The notes under the pieces: generated by a model
Told to the model about the DNA's origin: nothing
Database searches by the model: none
The model's input: only the letters and a program-made list of their open reading frames with translations
In this document: piece after piece, positions 8,487-15,879 of the stretch
How the letters are laid out: each line of letters begins with the position of its first letter
How positions within the stretch are numbered: the first letter of the stretch is position 1
Position numbers and translations under genes: made by a program
Origin: an uncultured Thermoleophilia bacterium
GTDB taxonomy: Bacteria > Actinomycetota > Thermoleophilia > Gaiellales > Gaiellaceae
DNA: 64,000 bases
Reading direction: 5' to 3'
Assembly: GCA_963829285.1 (NCBI GenBank)
Contig: CAWHHW010000005.1
Span: 167,984 to 231,983, forward strand

Positions 8487-8878
8487 GTGACTTGACTGCG
8501 ATCGACTTTTCGTCAACCTCCGAGTCTGGGGCAGCGAAAGGCCCGGAGAGCCCAACTGCCCCCGGGCCGATCGCGCTGTTAGTCCCCCTGATCTAGGAAC
8601 TCGCTCAGGACAGCGGTTCGAGCTGATGCTGTCTGCCTGCCACCGTCGCCTGGTCGAGCCCGGCGACGCCAGGGTCTCTCGCAGGGAGGCGGGGTAGGAT
8701 TGCGAGGGACGGCTACCTCGCGGCGCTACGAGGTACGAACCAAGATACTCCGCCTGCCTCTTGCTTCACAACACCCGGCGTGTAAAACCGCGGACCTGAC
8801 GACCCCTTCCTGACGCTCACACGGTCGAGGATCTCACCGTGCCGCGACCTCGGCGCGGGAGCGCTGCGGTCGAGGCGG

Positions 8879-9504
8879 TTACCGCTCACGGACTGTGTAG
8901 GTCAGGTGGGTCACTCGCTACGTCGGCTCCGCGCGTACGGCTCCAGGGCCACGCGGCCCGCGTCCACGCCCTCGAACAGGCGGGTCCCGGAGCCGAACAG
9001 CACGGGTGAGAGCGCGATCGTGAACTCGTCGATCAGGCCGGCGTTCACGTACTCCAGGATCGTTGCGCCGCCGCCGGCGATGCGGACGTCCCGGTCGCCG
9101 GCGGCCTCGCGGGCCTGGTCGAGCGCGGGCTCGATGCCGTCGTTGACGAAGTGGAAGGTGGTCCCGGCCGGCCGCTCCCACGGTTCACGCTTCTCGTGCG
9201 TCACGACGAAGACCGGCGTGTGGAACGGGGCCTCCTCCGGCCACGCCTGCTCGCCGAGGTCGAACATGCGCTTGCCCATCACGCTCGCGCCGGTGCGCTC
9301 GAACGTCTCACGCAGGATGTCGTTGTCGCGCCCTTCCTCGCCGCCCATGCCGAGCTTCAGGTTCTCCCGGAAGAACCGCTGCGGGAATATCCACTGCTGC
9401 AGCTCCATCCACTGCGCCGTCCAATCTGGGTCGCCCATGCGCCCCTCGGGCGCGACGAACCCGTCCAGCGACATCGACACGCTGAAGAACACCTTTCCGG
9501 CCAT
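8879..9504 (-). pseudogene. Dihydrofolate reductase/RibD C-terminal family protein with frameshift and stop near the C-terminus
   Basis: SMSLDGFVA, VMGKRMFD, IAGGGATI, GLIDEF; expected tail VTHLTYTVRER is in another frame ending TAA at 8879. Confidence 0.75.
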
Positions 9505-10010
9505 CAGTCCTCAACTCCCTGCCGAACGATCTCGGTGACGTAGGCAGCCAGGTTGCTCAGGGTCTGCCGACCGCCCTCGATCGCGTGGTACTTGTCGACC
9601 GCCTCGTCGCGCAGTTCCCTGGTGGGGAACACCGTGCGCATCTCGATCCGCGTCGCCGCGCCCTCGGGCGCGAACGTGAGGACCGACTCGAAGGCGTTCG
9701 GGTCGCCGCGTGACTCACCGTGCTGCAGCGTGATCCGCTCCGGCGGGGCGATCTCGGTCCAGGTGATCCACTCCTGGTAGTCCGTCCCGTCCGGTCCGTG
9801 CATGACGAAGTCCCACTCCCCGCCGACGCGGAACTCGAACGCGCGCGTGGTGGTGGTGAACCCCTCCGGTCCCCACCACCGCGACAGGTGCCGTACCTCG
9901 GTGAACGCCTCGAACACGAGCTCCCGTGAGGCACTGATGACCCGGGAGATCACGATCTCGCGGTCGGCCGTCGCGGACTGCGCCGACGCTCCTCGTCCCG
10001 TCGCGCTCAT
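9504..10010 (-). CDS. SRPBCC/AHSA1 domain protein
   Basis: REIVISR, WWGPEGF, FRVGGEW, MHGPDG. Confidence 0.93.
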   Translation of the reverse strand: MSATGRGASAQSATADREIVISRVISASRELVFEAFTEVRHLSRWWGPEGFTTTTRAFEFRVGGEWDFVMHGPDGTDYQEWITWTEIAPPERITLQHGESRGDPNAFESVLTFAPEGAATRIEMRTVFPTRELRDEAVDKYHAIEGGRQTLSNLAAYVTEIVRQGVED

Positions 10011-10013
10011 CGG

Positions 10014-10355
10014 CTACCCCTCCTGCCTTGCCTGATCGAGGTCCTGCACGTACTCGTCCAGCCGGTCGAAGCTCTCGTTCCAGAACCGCTCGAACCCGCC
10101 GGCCCAGTCGTGAACCGGTCGCAGCCCGCGGGCGTCGAGGCCGTACAGGCGTTGCTTGCCTGCCTTGCGGTCGCGCACCAATCCGACCTCCCGGAGCACC
10201 CGCAGGTGTTTGGACGCCCCCGGCTGGGTCATCCCCAGCTCCTGGGCCAACTCGGTCACCGGCGCCTCGCCCGCCCGCAACAGCACCAGGATCTCCCGGC
10301 GCTGCGGCTCGGCGATTGCGTTGAAGACGTCCGACGTCGTCGCTGCTCGTGCCAT
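10014..10355 (-). CDS. ArsR/SmtB transcriptional regulator
   Basis: DVFNAIAEPQRREIL, SKHLRVLREVGLV. Confidence 0.95.
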   Translation of the reverse strand: MARAATTSDVFNAIAEPQRREILVLLRAGEAPVTELAQELGMTQPGASKHLRVLREVGLVRDRKAGKQRLYGLDARGLRPVHDWAGGFERFWNESFDRLDEYVQDLDQARQEG

Positions 10356-10366
10356 GGCGCAATCAT

Positions 10367-10382
10367 ATTCCGATATCGGCAT
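10367..10382. promoter_or_regulatory. Palindromic operator candidate ATTCCGATATCGGCAT upstream of ArsR
   Basis: Perfect 10-bp palindrome CCGATATCGG just upstream of the ArsR start. Confidence 0.55.
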
Positions 10383-10526
10383 GCGTCAAGCCGGCCGTCT
10401 GCCTGCCGGGTGTTCGCGGCTGAGTGGGCGGTCCAGGTTCCCGTCGTTTGGCGCGCCGCGAGCTGAGGAGTACATTCGGTGCCGGGTGGTTCGTCGTGCC
10501 CGCCAGCGACAGGAAAGGAAGCGGCC

Positions 10527-10823
10527 GTGCTTTTTCACGTCACCTGGGAGTTCATCGATTCGAGCGAGGATGGCATCCGCAGGTCGCTCGGCGTCTTCTC
10601 GCAATGGCAGCCACCGGCGGGAGCCGAGTTCAAGGGGTTCTACGGCTTCGCCGCTGGCGGAGGAGGTGTGGCGCTGATCGAGGCCGAGAGCGCTGCCGCG
10701 CTCGCCCGTACCACGGCCCCGTGGGCGCCGTGGTTGCGTTTCACGACGAATCCGATCGTGCCGATCGAGGAATCGTCCGCGATCGCCGGAGAGGCCGTCG
10801 CCTTCCGCGACTCGGTGAGCTGA
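10527..10823 (+). CDS. DUF3303-like small protein
   Basis: RBS AAAGGA + GTG; WQPPAG.., PWAPWLRF..PIVPIEE. Confidence 0.75.
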   Translation: MLFHVTWEFIDSSEDGIRRSLGVFSQWQPPAGAEFKGFYGFAAGGGGVALIEAESAAALARTTAPWAPWLRFTTNPIVPIEESSAIAGEAVAFRDSVS

Positions 10824-10824
10824 G

Positions 10825-11106
10825 ATGTGGGCGCGCGTGGCGAGGTTCGAGGGCGACCCGGCAGGCGTTGATGCGAGGGTGCAGAGACTCCGCTCTGCCC
10901 TTGACGCTGGGTCGTTTCCACCCGAGCTTGCAGACGCGAAGTTCCTGCTTCTCGTCGATCACGAGTCGGGAGGAATGCTCGGGGTGACGCTGTTCGACAG
11001 CGAGGAGGCAATGCGCAAAGGGGACGAGGCAATGAACGCGGGACCCGGCAATGCCGGGAGTCGCTCCTCGGTCGAGTTCTACGAGGTGCCTCTCCACACG
11101 CTCTAG
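10825..11106 (+). CDS. Hypothetical ABM/dimeric alpha-beta-barrel-like protein
   Basis: MWARVARFEG, LLVDHESG..VTLFDSEEAM, VEFYEV. Confidence 0.7.
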   Translation: MWARVARFEGDPAGVDARVQRLRSALDAGSFPPELADAKFLLLVDHESGGMLGVTLFDSEEAMRKGDEAMNAGPGNAGSRSSVEFYEVPLHTL

Positions 11107-11112
11107 CCCATC

Positions 11113-11137
11113 TGACGTGCTTCCCGAAGACTGCGCA
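11113..11137 (+). repeat. Degenerate boundary repeat (TGACGTGCTTCCCGAAGACTGCGCA)
   Basis: TTCCCGAAGACTG-CGCA vs TTCCCGAACACTGGCGCA; 6 nt after stop. Confidence 0.65.
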
Positions 11138-11166
11138 GGCGCTGCGCTCGCGCACTGGCCGGCAAC

Positions 11167-11988
11167 TCAGCGGGGCGCCCGGCGACCCAGGTATGCGTAG
11201 CGTCCGAGCCGGCCTTCGCGCGCGACCAGTGCTGTCGTGGCGAGGAACTGCTGGAACTCCTCGTACTTGTCGGTGCCCTCGAGCTCGCGAAGCTCACCCT
11301 CCGCTCCTTCCCGCGCGGCATGCCAGCGTTCGGCGACCCCGACGATGTTCGCGGTGACGTTCTCGGCCCGAACGTCGACGAATCCGGCTTCGGCCAGCAC
11401 CCGCTCGTACCAACCGAACGGAGTGAACAGGAACTCGCCCATCGCCGGGCTCCGGCGAAGGATCTCCTCGCGACGGAGCGGGGCGCAGACGATGACCGCG
11501 TCCGTGAAGAGGAACCTGCCGTCGTCGTCCAGCACCCTCGCCCATTCCTGGAACAGGGCCTCGCGGTCGAAGAGGTGGTTCATCGAGTCGATGCAGACAA
11601 CCGCGTCGAAGGACGCGTCCGCAAACGGCAGCGGCCGTTGTGCATCGTGAAGCACGAACGACGCGCGCTCTGCGAGCCCACCCTCGCGCGCGGCGTCGTT
11701 CGCCGTTTCGATCCCTCCCTCGTGGATGTCGACCCCGACCAGTTGGCAGCCGGTCGAGCGTACGAGGAAGAGCGCCGGCCCGCCCGAGCCACTGGCGACC
11801 TCGAGCACCCGCGATTCTGGGCCTAGCCCGAGCTCGGCCTGGAAGCGACGATGCTCATCGGCCGTCGTCCACGAGAACTGGCCGATGTCCTCCCCGAACG
11901 CCAAGAGACGAATCGCAGCGTTCAGCTCGTCCGCCGACCCCGTGAAGTTGCGGTCGTAGAAGCCCGTGTCTCTCGATCCCGACGCCAT
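11167..11988 (-). CDS. Class I SAM-dependent methyltransferase
   Basis: VLEVASGSGG, LPFADASFDAV. Confidence 0.92.
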   Translation of the reverse strand: MASGSRDTGFYDRNFTGSADELNAAIRLLAFGEDIGQFSWTTADEHRRFQAELGLGPESRVLEVASGSGGPALFLVRSTGCQLVGVDIHEGGIETANDAAREGGLAERASFVLHDAQRPLPFADASFDAVVCIDSMNHLFDREALFQEWARVLDDDGRFLFTDAVIVCAPLRREEILRRSPAMGEFLFTPFGWYERVLAEAGFVDVRAENVTANIVGVAERWHAAREGAEGELRELEGTDKYEEFQQFLATTALVAREGRLGRYAYLGRRAPR

Positions 11989-12089
11989 GCGCATCCTCCT
12001 TCCGGGGATCATTCATCGACGAGGCCGCACGAAGGGGCGCGCGCGCCACGCTACAACACCGTTGCGCCGATGTCGACAGAGCCGAGACG

Positions 12090-12116
12090 CTCGGGTGATA
12101 TCCCCGAACTGGCGCA
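12090..12116 (+). repeat. Degenerate boundary repeat (CTCGGGTGATATCCCCGAACTGGCGCA)
   Basis: Matches consensus with 2 substitutions and a 2-nt deletion. Confidence 0.85.
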
Positions 12117-12148
12117 CCGACCGACCTGCGACAGAGCGCCGGAACCCG

Positions 12149-12529
12149 CTACGCGCGCTCGCTTGCGGCCATGTTCCTCATAATGACTTCCATCGTCTTG
12201 GCCAGTTCGTCGGCTGGACTGAACTCGACGATCTCGCAGCCGTCATGCATCACCGGCGTGTGCCCCGGCGGTGCGTAGTACGCATCGCCTGCTTCGTAGG
12301 TCTCTTCCCGGTCTGCGAACCGGAATGTCATCTTGCCTTTGATCACGTAGCCCCAGTGTGGGCACTGGCAGCGGTCGTCAGGCAGCCCGTGAAACATCGG
12401 TGCGGGATCCATGTCCGTGTGGAACGACGTGAACCCGACCGTGTACCCGTCGAGATTTTCAGAACGGTCCTCGAGCATCCCGTCCACCACCTGGACCTGC
12501 GAGGCGCTCGCCTTCGAAACCTTGGGCAT
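12149..12529 (-). CDS. Cupin domain protein
   Basis: RBS GGAGGA; CQCPHWGYVIKG, YYAPPGHTP. Confidence 0.9.
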   Translation of the reverse strand: MPKVSKASASQVQVVDGMLEDRSENLDGYTVGFTSFHTDMDPAPMFHGLPDDRCQCPHWGYVIKGKMTFRFADREETYEAGDAYYAPPGHTPVMHDGCEIVEFSPADELAKTMEVIMRNMAASERA

Positions 12530-12683
12530 CTCACTCCTCCTTCAGTTCGACTGCTCGACCCCCGGCAAACGAGCATACTTCCTTGACTCATCTCGCACAA
12601 AGATCTGTCTGCGGCGCGACAGCGAAGGGTCGCCGACGCCGCGCAGCTATCTCTTTCGTTCTGCGTCCATATGCTTCGTGGCC

Positions 12684-13406
12684 GTGATCCCTCCCATGAC
12701 GTTGACTGGATGGTTGCGGTTCGACCGCGTGGGGTCGTTCATTCCCTCTGGAGCGTTGAGCGTGTTGGAGGTGGGCTGTGGGATGGGCGCGATGGGCGCC
12801 ATACTCGCGAGAAGCTACGAGTACACGGGGATCGAGCCGGATCCGCAGTCGTTCGCGGTTGCCCGGAAACGGGTCGTCGGCGGATGCGTGATGAACGTCG
12901 ATGCGGAACGGTTCGGCGGCAGCAACTTCGATGTCGTGTGTGCGTTCGAGGTGATGGAGCACATCCATGATGACGTGGCCGCGCTGCGCGAGTGGGCGGC
13001 GTTCGCTCGTCCGGGAGGCAGGATGGTGGTCAGCGTTCCTGCTGGGCGCGAAAGGTTCGGCGCGGCCGATGAACGGGTCGGCCACTTCCGACGGTACAAC
13101 CCGAGCGACCTGGTCGACGTGATGCTCGCGGCGGGGCTGACCGCGCCGGTCGTGGTTCCCTATGCCTTCCCGCTGGGGTACCTCCTAGAGGGTGCCCGGG
13201 GTGTCCTCGCGCGGCGTGGCTCGATTCCCGACGACGTCGTCGAGCGAACGGCGGGGAGCGGACGGTGGTTGCAGCCTCCGAGCTGGTTCGCTCTCGGATC
13301 ATGGGCGGTCGTCTGGCCGTTTCGCCTGGCACAGAGGCATGTACGAGTCGGGACGGGGCTGATCGGCGCCGCCGATGTTCCGCCGTCGGCTACGGCCTCG
13401 GTTTGA
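12684..13406 (+). CDS. Class I SAM-dependent methyltransferase (start uncertain)
   Basis: VLEVGCGMG, FDVVCAFEVMEHI, GHFRRY. Confidence 0.88.
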   Translation: MIPPMTLTGWLRFDRVGSFIPSGALSVLEVGCGMGAMGAILARSYEYTGIEPDPQSFAVARKRVVGGCVMNVDAERFGGSNFDVVCAFEVMEHIHDDVAALREWAAFARPGGRMVVSVPAGRERFGAADERVGHFRRYNPSDLVDVMLAAGLTAPVVVPYAFPLGYLLEGARGVLARRGSIPDDVVERTAGSGRWLQPPSWFALGSWAVVWPFRLAQRHVRVGTGLIGAADVPPSATASV

Positions 13407-13448
13407 GTTGGGGCGCTTCATGGACCCGCGCTCCCCGCAGGAGGCTCG

Positions 13449-13706
13449 TCATCGACCAAGGGCATCCCGCAGCTCGGGCGTTCGCTCGAGTAGCTCCTCC
13501 ATCCGCTCCAGATCCTTTGCCCGCAACGTGACAGGGCCGCGTCGCGTGCTGCCGTCCGTCGTGTAGGCAAACCGCACGAGGCGCTCGCCGTCGGCCGTCT
13601 CGAGGAGTTGGACGACGGTCGAGAAGCGCTTCGGCCCTGCCCGCTGCGCGACCGAGACCTCTTCGACCGGCGAGGCTTTCCCCCACGGTGTGCTTGTTGT
13701 TCTCAT
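13449..13706 (-). CDS. Hypothetical protein
   Basis: TPWGKA..LVRFAYTTDG..RRGPVTLR; coding-like composition. Confidence 0.65.
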   Translation of the reverse strand: MRTTSTPWGKASPVEEVSVAQRAGPKRFSTVVQLLETADGERLVRFAYTTDGSTRRGPVTLRAKDLERMEELLERTPELRDALGR

Positions 13707-13770
13707 AGGAGGCAACGTAGTCGAGAATATGTGACGAGACTGTGCCTTCTTTGTGCCGGTTCTCCGGCGG

Positions 13771-14343
13771 TCAGTCGCGGGCGACCTGACAGCCTTCGAG
13801 GTGGTCGTCGACGAGCCCGGCGGACTGCATCAGCGCGTAGACCGTCGTCGGGCCGACGAAGCGAAAGCCACGGCGTCGCAGCTCCTTCGAGAGCGCCGCG
13901 GACTCGGAGGTCGCGGCCGGGAGATCCGCGAGCGCTGTGGGTCGCGATGCGCCCGGCGACGGCGCGAACTCCCACACGAGCTCCGACAGCCCTTCGGAGA
14001 GGTCGAGCGCCGCAACGGCGTTTCCGATCGTCGCCTCGATCTTGCCGCGGTGGCGAACGATCCCGGCATCCTCGAGCAGCCGTTCGACGTCTCGCTCGTC
14101 GAACGCGGCAACGCGCTCGATCGAGAACCCCGCGAACGCCCGCCGAAACGCCTCCCGCTTGCGCAAGATCGTCAGCCAGGAGAGCCCGGCCTGGAATCCC
14201 TCGAGCGACAGCAACTCGAACATGCTGTCGTTGCCGTGGAGCGGTCGCCCCCATTCGTGGTCGTGGTAGGAACGGTAGAGCGGATCGTCGCCACACCAGC
14301 CACAGCGGGCGGTGCCGTCCGCGTCGATGCGAAGGTCGTGCAT
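13771..14343 (-). CDS. tag: DNA-3-methyladenine glycosylase I
   Basis: RCGW, YHDHEWG, LEGFQAGLSWLTILRKR, FVGPTTVYALMQSAGLVDDH. Confidence 0.96.
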   Translation of the reverse strand: MHDLRIDADGTARCGWCGDDPLYRSYHDHEWGRPLHGNDSMFELLSLEGFQAGLSWLTILRKREAFRRAFAGFSIERVAAFDERDVERLLEDAGIVRHRGKIEATIGNAVAALDLSEGLSELVWEFAPSPGASRPTALADLPAATSESAALSKELRRRGFRFVGPTTVYALMQSAGLVDDHLEGCQVARD

Positions 14344-14514
14344 AGCGCGATTCAACCATCTAGCGTCGGGGGCTTCGGCAACCCGGTCTTCGACCTCGGC
14401 TTCTTCCTCTCGTTCGTCGTTCGTGATCAGTCGAGACCGCCGCGAGGCGCTATCCACTCGGCTGGCTGGCCGGTGACGCGAGCGACCGCGTCGAAGTGAC
14501 GCTGGACGACGCTC

Positions 14515-14976
14515 TCAGTCGCGCGCGACGCTGAGCACGGCTCGAACGATGCCGTCGTACCCGGTGCAACGACAGAGGTTGCCGGAGAGCCCGATGCGCA
14601 CCTCGTCCTCGGTCGGCGAGGGGTTCGCCGCCAGCAGCGCCGTCGCCGAGACGAGCATGCCCGGCGTGCAGAAGCCGCATTGGACGCCGCCCTCGGCCAG
14701 GAACGCCGCCTGGAGAGGCGCGAGCGTGTCTCCTTCGGCGAGGCCTTCGACGGTCGTGATCTCGCTCCCCTCGGCCTGCAGCGCGAGGTAGGAGCACGAG
14801 TTCACGGGTTGACCGTCGAGCAGCATCATGCAGGCGCCGCACTCGGAGTCGTCGCAGCCTTCCTTCGAGCCGGTCAGGCCGATGACGTCGCGAACGGCAG
14901 TGAGGAGGCTCGTGGCCGGATCGAGCTCGACCGGGTAGGGCGCACCGTTGACGACGAGCGTCGCAGTCGTCTTCAT
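14515..14976 (-). CDS. Xanthine dehydrogenase/CoxS-family 2Fe-2S subunit
   Basis: KEGCDDSECGAC, QCGFCTPG, NLCRCTGY. Confidence 0.96.
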   Translation of the reverse strand: MKTTATLVVNGAPYPVELDPATSLLTAVRDVIGLTGSKEGCDDSECGACMMLLDGQPVNSCSYLALQAEGSEITTVEGLAEGDTLAPLQAAFLAEGGVQCGFCTPGMLVSATALLAANPSPTEDEVRIGLSGNLCRCTGYDGIVRAVLSVARD

Positions 14977-15842
14977 GCCGAGCCGCCTCTCGCACGCGTG
15001 AGCGCTTTCTCGATCGCGCGCCGGGCTATCACCGAGGCCATCGCGCGACGGTACTCGGCCGACCCTCGGACATCGGAGATCGGGCTCGCCGCGGCCGCGA
15101 CGGCCTCGCCGGCCGCTGCGATCTCGGCCGCCCCGCCGTCACTCCCGATCAGCGCCGCCTCCGCCTCGGGTACGCGTCGGATCGTGGGAGAGAGAGCCGT
15201 CATCGCGATCCGAGCCGCAGACACACGACCGTCCGCCACCGTGACGACGGCCGTCGCGCCGACGACTGCGATCTCCATCTGCCGCCGGTACTCGAGCCGG
15301 AGGTAGGCGCTGCCGGTGCCGGCCGCGGGAGCGGGGATCTCGATCGCGACGAGCAGCTCGTCGGGATGCGCGGTCGTCTCACCCGGACCTGTCCACAGAT
15401 CTTCGATCGCGAGGTGCCGCGTGCCGCCGGGAGAGTGCAGCTCGACCGAGGCGCCGAAGCAGACGAGCGGCCCGCCGGTCTCCATGGCCGGTGAGGCGTT
15501 CATCACATTGCCTCCGATCGTGCCCTGTGCTCGCGTCGCGTGCGAGCCGACGATCGCGCACGCATCGCTCAACGCCGAGAAGCTGGAGCACACGGTCTCG
15601 CTCGAGGCGATCTCCGCGTGGCTCGCGAGCGCACCGAGCCGAAGGCCGCCTCCGGCGTGTGACTCGACACCGCGAAGCTCCGCTATGCGGTGGATCGCGA
15701 CGAGGCCGGCCGGGAGAGCAGCCTTGCCCGAGCGCGCGCCGACCACGAGATCGGTGCCGCCTGCGACCGGTCGGGCGCCGGCGGCGACTGCTGCCACCGC
15801 GTCGTCGATCGTGGCCGCAGTTGTGAACGAGTGAGCGCTCAC
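14973..15842 (-). CDS. Xanthine dehydrogenase/CoxM-family FAD subunit
   Basis: AGGTDL, GTIGGN..NASPA, PISDVRGSAEYRR. Confidence 0.95.
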   Translation of the reverse strand: MSAHSFTTAATIDDAVAAVAAGARPVAGGTDLVVGARSGKAALPAGLVAIHRIAELRGVESHAGGGLRLGALASHAEIASSETVCSSFSALSDACAIVGSHATRAQGTIGGNVMNASPAMETGGPLVCFGASVELHSPGGTRHLAIEDLWTGPGETTAHPDELLVAIEIPAPAAGTGSAYLRLEYRRQMEIAVVGATAVVTVADGRVSAARIAMTALSPTIRRVPEAEAALIGSDGGAAEIAAAGEAVAAAASPISDVRGSAEYRRAMASVIARRAIEKALTRARGGSA

Positions 15843-15879
15843 CGCGAACGCTCCAACTCGGGAGACAGGCTGAAGCCTG

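Noticed and set aside
1427-12116. Repeat as classical attC, tRNA-derived att site or terminator
   Set aside because: No RYYYAAC..GTTRRRY long palindrome, no T-loop/CCA tRNA end, and only a 5-bp stem with no U-tract. Orientation is fixed regardless of flanking gene direction.
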